64,000 nt of DNA. It comes from Candidatus Onthoplasma sp. (lineage in GTDB: Bacteria > Bacillota > Clostridia > Christensenellales > UBA1242). Of this stretch, positions 38,720 through 49,970 are shown piece by piece (position 1 is the first letter of the stretch; every line of letters begins with the position of its first letter). The position numbers and the translations under genes are program-made. The DNA lies in assembly GCA_051883515.1 (NCBI GenBank), contig JBJETW010000004.1, positions 26,861 through 90,860 of the forward strand, written 5' to 3'. The notes below the pieces were generated by a model. That model was not told the DNA's origin. It did not search any database and was given only the letters and a program-made list of their open reading frames with translations.

Positions 38720-39122
38720 TTTACCCCTTATTTTGTTTAATTCTACCAAATTGAATATGGCAAGTCAAACAATTTTCGACATCACGCAAATTGTCTCCAT
38801 ATTTTTCAAAAATACGAATGTCTTTAAATTTTGTTTTGTTGTTTGTAGCATTCCCCATCAACAATTTTTTATGTTGCATATTTTTATATGTTTTTTTGCT
38901 CAATTTACCGCAAATTTTTAAAAAAATTACTTTTTTTAAAATTATATCAAATTTTTATGATATATTTGAAATTCTATAAAAACTTTTGTGTTTCTAAAAA
39001 AAAGAAAAAACGACCATGTTGGTCGTCTAAAATTGTCTTTCTAAAGCAATGCTTAAATACTGTTAGTTGATTTGTCTTTTGCTTTTTGATGCTTAATTTT
39101 AAAATTTATCAAAACTTTTCCA

Positions 39123-39629
39123 CTAAATTAACATAATTTTGCAAATTTCAGCGTTGTCACCTTTGCGTGTTCCAAGTTTGATGATACGTGTGTAGCCACC
39201 TTTTTGTCCAAGTTCTTTTGCTCTTGCATCATATTTTGGGGCATATACGTTGAAAATCTTTTCAATGATTGGGTTTTTAATGTTGTCAATACGAGTAAGG
39301 TAGTCAGCTTTCTTTTCGCCTGGTTTACGCTCTTCTTTAACAGAATTGAGTTTTGCCATGATTTTTCTTCTTGCTGTAAGTTTCTTTGGTCCATCATTCA
39401 TGACTTCGCGAGAAACTTTTTCACCTTTAGCGTTGACTGTTGTTTTTTGAACTGAAACAACATCTTCGTGTGTGTTTATTGCAAGTGTTAAGATTTTTTC
39501 AACATAACTTCTTAAAGATTTTGCTCTTGCAACTGTTGTTTTGATTTCGCCTTTCCACAAAAGGTCAGTTGCTTGATTTTTCATGATTGCAAGTCTTTCT
39601 TCAGTTGGACGTCCTAATTTCTTATTCAC
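39123..39629 (-). CDS. rplQ: 50S ribosomal protein L17 (long form)
   Basis: KLGRPTEER, IKTTVARAK, GGYTRIIKLG.RKGDNA. Confidence 0.96.
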   Translation of the reverse strand: MNKKLGRPTEERLAIMKNQATDLLWKGEIKTTVARAKSLRSYVEKILTLAINTHEDVVSVQKTTVNAKGEKVSREVMNDGPKKLTARRKIMAKLNSVKEERKPGEKKADYLTRIDNIKNPIIEKIFNVYAPKYDARAKELGQKGGYTRIIKLGTRKGDNAEICKIMLI

Positions 39630-39701
39630 GATTCTTTCTCCTTTTTGTTTTTTGTCTTTTTAGCGCGCATAAATGCAATTCACTTTATTGCGCTTTGTCC
39701 T

Positions 39702-40658
39702 TTAATAATTTTCATTACCTTCAAGAACAATTCCATAAGATTCAAGTTTTTGGATAACTTCTTCCATTGACTTTGCACCCATATTACGAACTTTCATCAT
39801 TTCACCTTTGGTCTTCTTTGCAAGGTCGCCAATTGTTTCAATTCCTGCACGTTTTAAGCAATTGTAGCTACGAACGCTCAATTCCATTTCTTCAATTGGT
39901 TTTTCGAACAATTTTGTTCTTTCGTCTTCTTTTCTTGCAACCAAAATGTTAACTCCGTCCATTCCTTCAACAAGTTCAACGAACATTGTTGCGTAATCAT
40001 TCAACAATTTTGCTGACAATGCAACAACTTCTTTCGCACTTGATGTTCCTCTGGTTTGAACGTCCAAAACAAGTTTGTCAAAATCCAAAGAACGACCAAC
40101 TCTGCTTGATTGAACTTCAAAATTCACGCGTTTTACTGGTGTGAACATTGAGTCAATTGCAATGTAGTCAACTTCATCTGAGAAGTTCTTGTTTGCACTT
40201 GCTGGAACAAATCCTCTGCCTCTTCCAACATATAAAGTCATGTCAAGGTCAGCATCATCGTCCAATGTGCAAATGTATTGGTCAGGATTCATGATTGTGA
40301 TTCCATCTTCACACTCGATGTCTTTTGCATAAAGCACTCCGGCACCTTTCTTTTTCAAAGTCATAATTCCTTTGAAATCTTCATCTTTACTTTCAGTCTT
40401 CACAGCAACTGTTTTCAAGTTTAAAACGATGTCTGGAACGTCTTCTGTGACACCTTTTATTGTTGAAAACTCGTGCAAAACACCTTTAATTTTAATTCCA
40501 ACAATTGCAGAACCAGGAAGAGAAGAAAGCAATGTCCTTCTAAGCATGTTTCCAATTGTTGTTCCAAAACCTTTTTCCAAAGGTTCAACTGTTATGATTG
40601 CACGTGCTCCGTTGTCTTGTTCATCTAAAAGTATTTTTGGTTTTTCGATTTCCATCAT
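39702..40658 (-). CDS. rpoA: RNA polymerase alpha subunit
   Basis: EPLEKGFGTTIGN.LRR.LLSS, ELSVRSYNCLKRAGI. Confidence 0.99.
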   Translation of the reverse strand: MMEIEKPKILLDEQDNGARAIITVEPLEKGFGTTIGNMLRRTLLSSLPGSAIVGIKIKGVLHEFSTIKGVTEDVPDIVLNLKTVAVKTESKDEDFKGIMTLKKKGAGVLYAKDIECEDGITIMNPDQYICTLDDDADLDMTLYVGRGRGFVPASANKNFSDEVDYIAIDSMFTPVKRVNFEVQSSRVGRSLDFDKLVLDVQTRGTSSAKEVVALSAKLLNDYATMFVELVEGMDGVNILVARKEDERTKLFEKPIEEMELSVRSYNCLKRAGIETIGDLAKKTKGEMMKVRNMGAKSMEEVIQKLESYGIVLEGNENY

Positions 40659-40673
40659 AATTTTTCTCTCCTA

Positions 40674-41291
40674 TTATCTTGAATAATATTCTACAATCAA
40701 GTGTTCTTTGATTCCTAAATCAACATCATCTCTTTCTGGAAGAGCCAAAACCTTTCCTGTTAAAGTTTCAAGGTTTGATTCCAACCACTTTGGAACGCTG
40801 ATTTTTAATCCTTTCAAACTTGCAAACATTTCAAGACCTTTCTTTGATTCCTTAACTTCAATCACATCTCCAACCTTAACTTGGTATGAAGGAATGTTAA
40901 CTTTCTTTCCGTTAACAGTGATATGTCCATGGTTAACGATTTGTCTTGCTTCTGTTCTTGAAGAAGCGAATCCCAAACGATAAACCACATTGTCAAGTCT
41001 CAATTCGAGTGATTTCAAAAGAGCCCAACCTGTCATTTCTTTGCTCTTTGCCGCTTTTTCATAAGCAATTCTAAATTGCTTTTCAAGCAAACCATAAGTT
41101 CTTCTAACTTTGTTTTTCTCTCGCAATTGCATTCCATATTCTGAAATTTTCTTTTTTGCTGCACCATGTTGTCCTGGAACAGTTGGACGTTTGTCAAAAG
41201 AACATTTTGTCAAACATCTTTCACCTTTCAAAAAAAGTTTGCAACCTTCTCTGCGGCATTGTTTACAATCTGGACATGTATTTTTTGCCAT
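40674..41291 (-). CDS. rpsD: 30S ribosomal protein S4
   Basis: SEYGMQLREK, LELRLDNVVYRLG, IVEYYSR. Confidence 0.99.
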   Translation of the reverse strand: MAKNTCPDCKQCRREGCKLFLKGERCLTKCSFDKRPTVPGQHGAAKKKISEYGMQLREKNKVRRTYGLLEKQFRIAYEKAAKSKEMTGWALLKSLELRLDNVVYRLGFASSRTEARQIVNHGHITVNGKKVNIPSYQVKVGDVIEVKESKKGLEMFASLKGLKISVPKWLESNLETLTGKVLALPERDDVDLGIKEHLIVEYYSR

Positions 41292-41299
41292 ATTTCCTC

Positions 41300-41689
41300 C
41301 TATAATCTTCTCTTCTTAGGTGGTCTGCAACCATTGTGTGGAATTGGAGAGACATCTTTAATCATTGTCACTTGCAATCCTGCAGTTCCAACTGCTCTTA
41401 TTGCAGATTCACGTGCAACACCTGCGCCTTTAACGAAGACAGCAACTTTTTGAACGCCAAATTTATTTGCGTTTTCCAAACATTTTTCAACAGCTTCTTG
41501 TGCAGCAAATGGTGTTGTCTTTTTTGCACCACGGTTGCCAAGTGCACCAGCACTGCATTGAGCCAAAGCGTTGCCTTGACTATCTGTCAATGTGACCAAG
41601 GTGTTGTTAGAGTTAGCAAAAATGTGAACTTGTCCTTCACCATTGCTAACAATCACTTTCTTTTTCTTTGTTTCTTTCTTAACAGCCAT
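41300..41689 (-). CDS. rpsK: 30S ribosomal protein S11
   Basis: TPFAAQ, PIPHNGCRPPKKRR. Confidence 0.99.
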   Translation of the reverse strand: MAVKKETKKKKVIVSNGEGQVHIFANSNNTLVTLTDSQGNALAQCSAGALGNRGAKKTTPFAAQEAVEKCLENANKFGVQKVAVFVKGAGVARESAIRAVGTAGLQVTMIKDVSPIPHNGCRPPKKRRL

Positions 41690-41731
41690 TATTAACTCCT
41701 TTATTTGTCTGTTTATGTAATGCGTTTAACA

Positions 41732-42100
41732 TTACTTCTTCTTATTTGCTATTGTTTTCTTTGGACCTTTGCGTGTTCTTGCGTTTTGCTTGCTAGATTG
41801 TCCACGAACTGGCAAATTAGCAATATGGCGAAGTCCACGATAGCATCTGATTTCTTTCAATCTCTTGATGTCAAGAGCAACGTTTTTTCTAAGTTCACCT
41901 TCAACGACATAGTTTGCTTCCAAATACTTACGAATTGAAGCGATTTCGTTTTCAGTGAGGTCTTTCACTCTTGTGTCTGGATTGATTCCAGTTGCTGCCA
42001 AAATTTTATTGGCGCTAACTCGTCCGATACCATAAATGTAAGTGAGTCCAATTTCAACTCTCTTTTCATTAGGTAAATCCACGCCTGATATACGTGCCAT
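41732..42100 (-). CDS. rpsM: 30S ribosomal protein S13
   Basis: [22 protein letters not shown]. Confidence 0.99.
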   Translation of the reverse strand: MARISGVDLPNEKRVEIGLTYIYGIGRVSANKILAATGINPDTRVKDLTENEIASIRKYLEANYVVEGELRKNVALDIKRLKEIRCYRGLRHIANLPVRGQSSKQNARTRKGPKKTIANKKK

Positions 42101-42251
42101 ATACTTTCCTCCAAATTTAAATTTATATCTTGGAACAGTGTCCAACATATTTATTTGTTTTGAAAATCAATCTATTGTAGATAAATTTTCAGATATATTT
42201 TCTCACAATGCCAAAATTGCCGCGAGACATTGTGCTTATTTTCAAATCTGA

Positions 42252-42368
42252 TTAACCTTGGCGTTGTTTATGCTTTGGGTTTTTTGAACAGATAACCATA
42301 ACTTTTCCGTTTCTTTTGATAACCTTACATTTTTCACACATAGGTTTAACTGATGGTCTAACTTTCAT
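42252..42368 (-). CDS. rpmJ: 50S ribosomal protein L36 (not in ORF track)
   Basis: [38 protein letters not shown]. Confidence 0.98.
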   Translation of the reverse strand: MKVRPSVKPMCEKCKVIKRNGKVMVICSKNPKHKQRQG

Positions 42369-42473
42369 ATTTTCTCCTTTTTGATTGTTTCTCACTAAAA
42401 GCAAAAGCGAAAATGTTTTTAGTTTTGCACATTAAACAATAAGTTTTTTGCGTAAAACAAAAATTTCCGTTGA

Positions 42474-42704
42474 TTAAAATTCTGAATTTTTGTCTCTCCA
42501 AACAATTCGACCTTTTGTCAAATCATATGGACTCATTTCGATTTTAACTTTGTCTCCAAGCAAAATTCTAATTTTGTTTGCTCTGAGTTTGCCAGAAACA
42601 TAAGCAATTATGAAATGGTCGTTCATAATTTTAACCTTGAAGTTGCCGTTTCCCAAAACTTCAACAACTTCTCCTTCTGCATCGATAACATCTTCTTTTG
42701 ACAT
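42474..42704 (-). CDS. infA: translation initiation factor IF-1
   Basis: [31 protein letters not shown]. Confidence 0.98.
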   Translation of the reverse strand: MSKEDVIDAEGEVVEVLGNGNFKVKIMNDHFIIAYVSGKLRANKIRILLGDKVKIEMSPYDLTKGRIVWRDKNSEF

Positions 42705-42713
42705 TTTCTCTCC

Positions 42714-42977
42714 TTATTTGATTTGTGTTTTGATAAGTTTGTTTAATTCGGAATTGGTTGTTGTGACAAGTTTTAATTTTTCAATTATGTCATCACAATG
42801 CGCAACTTTTTCCAAGTGTTTTGGATTTTTTTTCTTAGGTTTTTCTTTAACCCGACACTTCCCATCTATTATATCAACAAATCCAAAATTGTCAACAGCA
42901 ACAACAATAAAAGGTTTATTTTTGTCGTGTCCCAATTTTGAAACTACGATATCTCCAACGATAAGTTTATTATCCAT
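42714..42977 (-). CDS. KOW-domain RNA-binding protein (L14e-like)
   Basis: GDIVVSKLGHDK...DGK.R...PKKKNPKHL; typical map-infA position. Confidence 0.88.
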   Translation of the reverse strand: MDNKLIVGDIVVSKLGHDKNKPFIVVAVDNFGFVDIIDGKCRVKEKPKKKNPKHLEKVAHCDDIIEKLKLVTTTNSELNKLIKTQIK

Positions 42978-42984
42978 AACACCT

Positions 42985-43731
42985 CTACAATGTTAATATT
43001 TCCACACCGTCTTTTGTTATCAAAACAGTGTTTTCATAATGAGCACTTGGCAAACCGTCCAAAGTTGAAATTGTCCAATCATTGTCTTCGATGCATACAT
43101 CTCTTTTGCCCAAAGTTGACATTGGCTCAATTGCCAAAGTCATTCCTTCTTGCAACACAACACCAGAGTTGTATTTGCCAAAGTTTGGAACCATTGGGTC
43201 TTCGTGTAATTTCGTTCCAACCCCATGTCCAACAAGTTCTCTAACCACTCCATAACCACGTTCTTCCAAATAAACTTGAATTCTGTGACTTATGTTGCCA
43301 AGTTTTGAACCTGCTTTGATTCCTTCAATGCCAGCAAAGAATGATTCTTTTGTGGCTTCGATTAAATTTGATTTTTCAATCGACACATTTCCAACAGGAA
43401 ATGTTCTTGCAGCGTCACTGTGATATCCTTCCCAAATGACGCCACAATCAATGCTAATTATATCCCCTTCTTTAAGTGGAACATCGGTGCAAAATCCATG
43501 CACAACTTGGTCGTTTAAACTTGCACAAATCGTGAACGGAAAGCCGTCAAGTCCCAAAAATGAAGGTTTTGCGCCTTGTTTAATAATATAATCATAGGCC
43601 AAATCATTAAGACGCTGAGTGGTCTGACCTGGATAAATTGAAGATGCAATCAGGTCAAGAGTATCTTTCAATATCTTGCCTGCTTTTCTCATCTTTTCAA
43701 TTTGTTCTGAATTTTTAATTGTGATAGCCAT
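42985..43731 (-). CDS. map: methionine aminopeptidase type I
   Basis: CASLNDQVVHG, DAART, GHGVG..LHEDP, AIEPM, SAHYENT. Confidence 0.98.
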   Translation of the reverse strand: MAITIKNSEQIEKMRKAGKILKDTLDLIASSIYPGQTTQRLNDLAYDYIIKQGAKPSFLGLDGFPFTICASLNDQVVHGFCTDVPLKEGDIISIDCGVIWEGYHSDAARTFPVGNVSIEKSNLIEATKESFFAGIEGIKAGSKLGNISHRIQVYLEERGYGVVRELVGHGVGTKLHEDPMVPNFGKYNSGVVLQEGMTLAIEPMSTLGKRDVCIEDNDWTISTLDGLPSAHYENTVLITKDGVEILTL

Positions 43732-44341
43732 TTAACACCTTCAAAACTTCGTCCAGAGTTTTGTTTGCATCAATCGATTCAATTTCTGCAACTTTAACTC
43801 CACGGCGTTTGTATCTATCAATCAAAGGATACGTTTCGTTTTCATAAATTGAAAATCTTTTGTTTATGGATTCAATTGTGTCGTCACTTCTGTGCACAAG
43901 TTCTCCACCGCATTCTGGACAAACATTGTTTGAAACTTTGTCTGTTCTTGTGATGTATCCACATTTTGCACATGTAAGACGTTTTTCAAGTCGCTCAATT
44001 GCAAGTTCTTTTGTGATTATCAAATGTATCACCAAATCAACATTGGCAATTTTATCAAGTGCTTCTGCCTGTTCTAAATTTCTTGGGAAACCATCAAAAA
44101 TTTTAATTTCATTTTTGTCGTGTGCAAGTTTGTTTTGAACGGTCTTCATGATTATGTCCATGTCGACCAACATTCCTGCATCAATTTTTTCTTTGATTTT
44201 TTTCCCAAGAGCAGAACCAGTTGCAATTTCGTCTCTCAACAACTGCCCCATTGAAATCAATGAGAAATTGATATGTTTTTCAAGACCCGCAACAAGTGTG
44301 CCCTTGCCACAACCTTGAATCCCAATCAAAAGAATATTCAT
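43715..44341 (-). CDS. adk: adenylate kinase
   Basis: GIQGCGKGT, DGFPR, Zn-lid CAKC...CPEC, RSDD. Confidence 0.96.
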   Translation of the reverse strand: MNILLIGIQGCGKGTLVAGLEKHINFSLISMGQLLRDEIATGSALGKKIKEKIDAGMLVDMDIIMKTVQNKLAHDKNEIKIFDGFPRNLEQAEALDKIANVDLVIHLIITKELAIERLEKRLTCAKCGYITRTDKVSNNVCPECGGELVHRSDDTIESINKRFSIYENETYPLIDRYKRRGVKVAEIESIDANKTLDEVLKVLNGYHN

Positions 44342-44352
44342 TTTTTACCCCT

Positions 44353-45663
44353 TTACTTTAAAAATCCGCGATAATTTTTCATCATCAATTGTGCTTCTAA
44401 TTGTTTGTCAAATTCAAGAGCAACAGACACGATAATGAGAATTCCTGTAGCAGTGAATGCTCCTGTCATTCCGCCAAGATTTACTGCTTGTAAAATAATT
44501 GTTGGAATGAGTGCCATAAATGCTAAGAATATTGCACCAAACAACACAATTTTATTGTTTATTCCGCTCAAATATTGTGCGGTTGGTTTTCCTGGCCTAA
44601 TTCCTGGAATAAATCCACCATTTTGTTGAATATTTCTACTAATTTCTTCTGTGTCGAATTGAATCATTGTCCAGAAATATGCAAACGCCAAAATCAACAA
44701 AGCAAGAAGAATTGCATAAACCCAACTGCCTGCTCCAACCCACTTGTTCCACCAACCGATGAAACCGCCGGTCACATTTGGCCAGAAAATTGAGAACAAC
44801 ATTTGTGGGAATGTAAGGAATGATGTCGCGAAAATAATTGGCATAACTCCGTTTGCATTCACTCTGATTGGAATGTATGTTGATTGTCCACCATACATTT
44901 TTCTACCTTTAACTTGTTTTGCATATTGCACATTAACTCTTCTTTCTCCGCCGTCCACAAAGACAACAAGTGAGAAGATAACAAGAACAATCAAAACAAA
45001 CAACACCAATCTCCAAATTGCGTATTGAGTTGTTTTTCCACCAACACCCAAGTTTTGGAAGTTTGTTAAAATTGCACTGCCTGCAGTTGACAAAATACCA
45101 ACAAAGATTAACAATGACATACCATTTCCAATGCCCAACTCTGTGATTTTCTCACCAAGCCAAACAGTGAACATAGCACCAGTCACCATCATTATAACAA
45201 CAAATGCGTAGAACAAGAATGAGTTGTTTCCAAATGTTGTTAAGTCTGCATTACCAGCAGCCCCGAAACCAACGGCAATACCGATTGATTGAACAAGCGC
45301 TATAAGCAATGCACCAATTTTTGTGTATAAACTTAATCTTTTTCTTCCGTCAGCCCCACCTTCTTTGGCAAGTCTTTGCCAACTAGGAATGACAGCAGAT
45401 AATAATTGAATTATGATTGACGCAGTGATGTATGGACTCACACCAAGAGCCAAAAATGAACCTTGACTGAGCGCTCCACCACTCACTGAGTTTAACAAAC
45501 TAAGGAAGGTGTTGTTTTCAACGTTAGACTTGAATGTGCTTGGCAAAACGCCAGGAATTGGCAACCAGCAACCTAGCCTATATACGAAGAGCAAAACCAA
45601 TGTCAAGATAATTTTATTTCTGACTTCCTTAATTTTAAAAGCGTCAGCTAATGTCTTGAACAT
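44353..45663 (-). CDS. secY: preprotein translocase SecY
   Basis: ALGVSPYITASIIIQLL, GIGNGMSL, IPGIRPG. Confidence 0.99.
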   Translation of the reverse strand: MFKTLADAFKIKEVRNKIILTLVLLFVYRLGCWLPIPGVLPSTFKSNVENNTFLSLLNSVSGGALSQGSFLALGVSPYITASIIIQLLSAVIPSWQRLAKEGGADGRKRLSLYTKIGALLIALVQSIGIAVGFGAAGNADLTTFGNNSFLFYAFVVIMMVTGAMFTVWLGEKITELGIGNGMSLLIFVGILSTAGSAILTNFQNLGVGGKTTQYAIWRLVLFVLIVLVIFSLVVFVDGGERRVNVQYAKQVKGRKMYGGQSTYIPIRVNANGVMPIIFATSFLTFPQMLFSIFWPNVTGGFIGWWNKWVGAGSWVYAILLALLILAFAYFWTMIQFDTEEISRNIQQNGGFIPGIRPGKPTAQYLSGINNKIVLFGAIFLAFMALIPTIILQAVNLGGMTGAFTATGILIIVSVALEFDKQLEAQLMMKNYRGFLK

Positions 45664-46109
45664 TATACCTCCTCTGCACTACCACCTTGTGCTGTAATTT
45701 TTTCTTTTGCTTGCGCTGTGAACTTGTTTGCTTTAACTTTTAAAGCAACTTTAAGGTCACCATTTCCCAAAATCTTGATTCCATCTTTTTCAATTTTTGA
45801 CAAGATTCCAGATTCTAAAAGTTTGTATGCATCAACTTCTGTGTTTGCTTCAAATATATTCAATGAAGAAACATTAACAGTTGAATAAATTTTCTTGAAT
45901 TTAGCGTTGCTAAATCCTTTGACAGGTAGTCTTCTGTATAAAGGATTTTGTCCACCTTCGAATCCTGGGCGAACTCCACCACCTGAACGAGCGTTTTGAC
46001 CTTTATGTCCTTTACCAGAGGTCTTACCTATACCGCTTCCGATTCCACGACCAAGTCTTTTCTTGCTTGCTCTTGCTCCGTCAGCATTTTTTAATTCATG
46101 TATATACAT
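45663..46109 (-). CDS. rplO: 50S ribosomal protein L15
   Basis: [29 protein letters not shown]. Confidence 0.99.
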   Translation of the reverse strand: MYIHELKNADGARASKKRLGRGIGSGIGKTSGKGHKGQNARSGGGVRPGFEGGQNPLYRRLPVKGFSNAKFKKIYSTVNVSSLNIFEANTEVDAYKLLESGILSKIEKDGIKILGNGDLKVALKVKANKFTAQAKEKITAQGGSAEEV

Positions 46110-46120
46110 AATCCTCTCCT

Positions 46121-46318
46121 TTACGCTTCTTCTTCCACTTTTAATAAGTGTTTAATTTTGAAGATGCTACCTCTAATGCAATTGTTGTCAGGAAGAATTC
46201 TTGTTTGACCAAGTTTTTTAAATCCCAAAGCTTCAACAATTTTTGCTTGACTTTTGTCAAAACCAGTTGCGCTTTTGATTAGAGTCACTTTGATTGTTTT
46301 TTCTTGATTCTTAGCCAT
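46121..46318 (-). CDS. rpmD: 50S ribosomal protein L30
   Basis: IKVTLIKS...ALG...RG.I.KIKHLL; position. Confidence 0.95.
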   Translation of the reverse strand: MAKNQEKTIKVTLIKSATGFDKSQAKIVEALGFKKLGQTRILPDNNCIRGSIFKIKHLLKVEEEA

Positions 46319-46326
46319 AAATCCTC

Positions 46327-46848
46327 CTAAATTTCTTCAACTGATTTTCCACGAAGCATTGCAACTTGTTCTTTTGTTCTCAAAGATTTGAGACCATTCA
46401 ATGTTGCTCTAACAACGTTGATTTTATCAGTTGAACCATAGATTTTTGCTGTTATATCTGTGTATCCAGCAACTTCGAGCACTGTACGAGCAGCACCACC
46501 AGCAATCAATCCACTACCTGGTTTACTTGGAAGCATTTTAACGCTTGTTTTTGCAAATTTTCCAATAACTTCGTGTGGAATTGTTCCATCTACAATTGGA
46601 GTTTTAATCAAAGACTTTTTAGCAGCCTTTGTTGCTTTTTCAATTGCGTTTGGAACTTCTGTTGCTTTGCTGAGTCCCATTCCAACTTGACCCTTTTTAT
46701 CACCAACGACAACGAGCGCTGAGAAACGCATATTACGTCCACCAGCAACAACCTTTGTCACACGGCGAAGAGAAAGAGTTCTCTTGTCGAATTCGTCTTT
46801 AACTTCGACTCTTGGTTTTTTAAATTCACGTTTTTGTTGTTGTGCCAT
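46327..46848 (-). CDS. rpsE: 30S ribosomal protein S5
   Basis: RVTKVVAGGR, FSALVVVGD. Confidence 0.99.
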   Translation of the reverse strand: MAQQQKREFKKPRVEVKDEFDKRTLSLRRVTKVVAGGRNMRFSALVVVGDKKGQVGMGLSKATEVPNAIEKATKAAKKSLIKTPIVDGTIPHEVIGKFAKTSVKMLPSKPGSGLIAGGAARTVLEVAGYTDITAKIYGSTDKINVVRATLNGLKSLRTKEQVAMLRGKSVEEI

Positions 46849-46857
46849 AATCTCTCC

Positions 46858-47226
46858 TTAAAACTCCAAGCCAGCAGCTCTTGCGCCGTCAGCAAGTTCT
46901 TTTACTCTTCCAGTGTAAAGATATCCACCTCTGTCAAAGACAACAGTTGTGATTTTCTTTTTCTTTGCAAGTTTTGCGATTTGTTCACCAACAAAACGAG
47001 CAGCTTCTTTGTTTGTCATGTCTTTAACTTTGTCTGCAACGTCTTTTTGAGTTGTGTTGCAAGCAACAAGTGTCACATTCTTTTCATCATCGATGATTTG
47101 AGCGTAGATGTTTGACAAACTTCTGTAAACGCAAAGTCTTGGTCTATTTGATGTGCCTTTTAAGTCATGACGAAGTCTTACATGACGCTTAACACGTTGT
47201 TGATTTTTATTAACTTTACTAATCAT
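46858..47226 (-). CDS. rplR: 50S ribosomal protein L18
   Basis: RPRLCVYRS, VVFDRGGYLYTGRV. Confidence 0.99.
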   Translation of the reverse strand: MISKVNKNQQRVKRHVRLRHDLKGTSNRPRLCVYRSLSNIYAQIIDDEKNVTLVACNTTQKDVADKVKDMTNKEAARFVGEQIAKLAKKKKITTVVFDRGGYLYTGRVKELADGARAAGLEF

Positions 47227-47237
47227 AACTTAACCTC

Positions 47238-47783
47238 CTACTTCTTCTTACCAGCAGATTTACCTGGTTTCAAAACAACTTTTTCAGTTGTGTAGTGAAT
47301 TCCATATCCGTGGTATGGCTCAATTGGACGCAATGCTTTGATTTTTGCAGCAATTTCTCCAACGAGTTCTTTGTTTGCACCTTTAACAAGAATTGTGTTG
47401 TTGTCTGGAACTTCCAAAGTGATTCCAGCAACTTCAGTGAATTCAACTGGGTGGCTCAAACCCAAATTCATCACAAGTTTGTTTCCTTGTTTTGAAAGTT
47501 TATAACCAATTCCGTTCACTGTTAATGATTTTGTGAAGCCATCTTTAACTCCAGTAATCATATTGTGAATAAGTTGACGATATAATCCTTGTTTTGCGTT
47601 GCTGTCTCTTTCTTCGTCAAGACGAACGACATAAACTTCGTTTCCCTTAACTTCGACTGCAACATTTTTTGAAAATTCTTGAGTGAGAGTGTCTTTTGCA
47701 CCTTTAACAGTCACAACGTTTCCGTTAACTTCAACTGTCACTCCGCTTGGAATTGAGATTGGTAATTTTCCTATTCTTGACAT
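47238..47783 (-). CDS. rplF: 50S ribosomal protein L6
   Basis: MSRIGKLPI, LGLSHPV, EPYHGYGI. Confidence 0.99.
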   Translation of the reverse strand: MSRIGKLPISIPSGVTVEVNGNVVTVKGAKDTLTQEFSKNVAVEVKGNEVYVVRLDEERDSNAKQGLYRQLIHNMITGVKDGFTKSLTVNGIGYKLSKQGNKLVMNLGLSHPVEFTEVAGITLEVPDNNTILVKGANKELVGEIAAKIKALRPIEPYHGYGIHYTTEKVVLKPGKSAGKKK

Positions 47784-47795
47784 ATTACACCTCTC

Positions 47796-48194
47796 CTACC
47801 ATACATAAGCGAGAACTTCCCCGCCCACGTTTTCTTTTCTTGCATTTTTATCAGTAATGATACCCTTGCTTGTTGAAATAATTGCAATTCCCAATCCGTT
47901 AAGAACTTTTGGTAATTGTTCAGCATTGGCATATATTCTCAAGCCAGGTTTACTGATTCTTTTAAGACCTTGAATAACTTTTTCGCCATTAGGTCCATAT
48001 TTAAGTGTGATTTCAATCATTTTAACTTTGTTGTCAACTGTTGTCTTATAGTCAGAAATAAATCCTTCATTTTTCAAGATTTCAGCGATTGCGAGTTTTG
48101 TTTTTGATTGAGGAACGAGCACACTTTCATGCTTGTTAGTGTTCGCATTACGAATGCGAGTAAGCATATCTGCTATTGGGTCTAAAACTAACAT
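47796..48194 (-). CDS. rpsH: 30S ribosomal protein S8
   Basis: [30 protein letters not shown]. Confidence 0.99.
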   Translation of the reverse strand: MLVLDPIADMLTRIRNANTNKHESVLVPQSKTKLAIAEILKNEGFISDYKTTVDNKVKMIEITLKYGPNGEKVIQGLKRISKPGLRIYANAEQLPKVLNGLGIAIISTSKGIITDKNARKENVGGEVLAYVW

Positions 48195-48206
48195 TTTCTT
48201 CTCCTT

Positions 48207-48392
48207 TTACCAACTAGATTTCTTAACACCAGGAATTTCACCTTTAAGTGCCATATTTCTGAAACAAATTCTGCAAATTCCGTATTTCTTAAGGACTGCA
48301 TGTGGACGACCACAAATTGAGCATCTTGTGTATTCACGAGTTGTGAATTTTTGTTTTCTTTGTTGTTTAATAACCATTGCTTTTCTTGCCAT
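48207..48392 (-). CDS. rpsN: 30S ribosomal protein S14 (Zn type)
   Basis: RCSICGRP...CRICFR...IPGVKKSSW. Confidence 0.98.
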   Translation of the reverse strand: MARKAMVIKQQRKQKFTTREYTRCSICGRPHAVLKKYGICRICFRNMALKGEIPGVKKSSW

Positions 48393-48402
48393 AATCCACT
48401 CC

Positions 48403-48960
48403 TTATTTAACCTTCTTGAAAGGAACGCCCATGAGTTTCAACAATTCAAGAGCTTCTTCATTTGTTTTTGCTGTTGTGATAAACATAATATCAAATCCAC
48501 GAACTGCATCAATTTTATCATAGATGATTTCAGGGAAAATGATTTGCTCTTTAACGCCGAAACTATAGTTTCCTCTTCCGTCGAATGATGTTGTGCTCAA
48601 ACCTTGAAAGTCACGAACACGAGGCAATGCAACAGATACAAGTCTATCGAAGAACTCATACATTTTTTCACCACGAAGAGTGACTTTTGCACCAATCTTT
48701 TGTCCTTGACGAAGTTTGAAATTTGCGACTGATTTTTTTGCATATGTGACAACTGCTTTTTGACCTGCAATTAAAGATAATTCGTCAACAGCATTGTTGA
48801 AACTTTTTGCGTTGTCTTTTTCTTTTCCGAGACGAAGAGAAAGAACAATTTTTTCAAGTTTTGGAATTTCCATAACATTTTTATAACCGAATTTTTCTTT
48901 CAATGCGCCTTTAACAACGTCGTTATAGTATGCATGACGTCTATTTATTTGTTTTTCCAT
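48403..48960 (-). CDS. rplE: 50S ribosomal protein L5
   Basis: [23 protein letters not shown]. Confidence 0.99.
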   Translation of the reverse strand: MEKQINRRHAYYNDVVKGALKEKFGYKNVMEIPKLEKIVLSLRLGKEKDNAKSFNNAVDELSLIAGQKAVVTYAKKSVANFKLRQGQKIGAKVTLRGEKMYEFFDRLVSVALPRVRDFQGLSTTSFDGRGNYSFGVKEQIIFPEIIYDKIDAVRGFDIMFITTAKTNEEALELLKLMGVPFKKVK

Positions 48961-48973
48961 AAGTCATACTCCT

Positions 48974-49318
48974 TTACGCTTTTTTGCTGTTTTTAACAGC
49001 TTTCTTTTCAACGTCTAAAACAGCACCGCATTTTTTGCAAACACGAACCATTTTTCCGTTAACTTCTTGTTTTGCAACTCTTGTTGCTTTTTTGCAAGAT
49101 GCGCAAACAACTTGAACATTTGAAGCATCAATAGCACCTTCGCTCTTGATAATTCCGCCCTTGTCGTCTTTGCTTCTTGGTTTTTTGTGATGTGCTTGAA
49201 CATTCACACCAGAAACAACGACTTTGCCGTCTTTTGCTTCAAGAATTTCGCCAGTTTTTCCAGCATCTTTTCCTGTGATAACCAAAACGTTATCGCCTTT
49301 TTTTACACTTAATTTCAT
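48974..49318 (-). CDS. rplX: 50S ribosomal protein L24
   Basis: KKGDNVLVITGKDAGKTG, IDASNV. Confidence 0.98.
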   Translation of the reverse strand: MKLSVKKGDNVLVITGKDAGKTGEILEAKDGKVVVSGVNVQAHHKKPRSKDDKGGIIKSEGAIDASNVQVVCASCKKATRVAKQEVNGKMVRVCKKCGAVLDVEKKAVKNSKKA

Positions 49319-49328
49319 TTTGAGCCTC

Positions 49329-49697
49329 CTACAAAACTTCTGGTGCAAGTGAGATTATTTGAGTGAAACCTCTTGCACGAAGTTCTCTTGCGATTGGTCC
49401 AAACACACGAGTTCCACGTGGTGCTTTGTTGTTATCAATCAACACTGCTGCATTTTCATCAAATTTGATAACTGAACCGTCTGCACGTTGGATAGGATAC
49501 TCTGTTCTGACAATAACTGCTTTGACCACATCACCTTTTTTAACTTTTCCATCTGGGTCTGCTTTCTTTACAGAGGCAACAATAACGTCTCCGACACTAG
49601 CTGTTTTTCTAACTGAACCGCCAAGACAACGGATACACATAATTTCTTTTGCGCCAGTGTTGTCTGCAACTTTTAATCTAGTAAATGTCTGTATCAT
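49329..49697 (-). CDS. rplN: 50S ribosomal protein L14
   Basis: [22 protein letters not shown]. Confidence 0.99.
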   Translation of the reverse strand: MIQTFTRLKVADNTGAKEIMCIRCLGGSVRKTASVGDVIVASVKKADPDGKVKKGDVVKAVIVRTEYPIQRADGSVIKFDENAAVLIDNNKAPRGTRVFGPIARELRARGFTQIISLAPEVL

Positions 49698-49706
49698 GTC
49701 AGCCTC

Positions 49707-49967
49707 CTACTTCGCTCTTTCAACGATTGAAAGAAGTCTGAAATACTTGTCTTTTGAAAGTGGACGAGTTTCAATGATGACAACAGTGTCGCCAACATGT
49801 GCTTCATTCTTTTCGTCGTGAGCTTTATATTTTTTAGTACTCTTTGTGTACTTTTTATAGATTGGGTGTTTTTTCATAGTGGTCACTTCGACAGTAATAG
49901 TTTTGTCCATTTTGTCTGAAACAACAACACCTTGAATTGTCCTATGGTTTACTTTCTTTTGTTCCAT
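49707..49967 (-). CDS. rpsQ: 30S ribosomal protein S17
   Basis: [18 protein letters not shown]. Confidence 0.99.
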   Translation of the reverse strand: MEQKKVNHRTIQGVVVSDKMDKTITVEVTTMKKHPIYKKYTKSTKKYKAHDEKNEAHVGDTVVIIETRPLSKDKYFRLLSIVERAK

Positions 49968-49970
49968 ATA

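Noticed and set aside
39123-39629. Unusually long L17 (and N-extended L22 at 51272-51664)
   Set aside because: Such insertions/extensions occur in other Clostridia; not considered novel.
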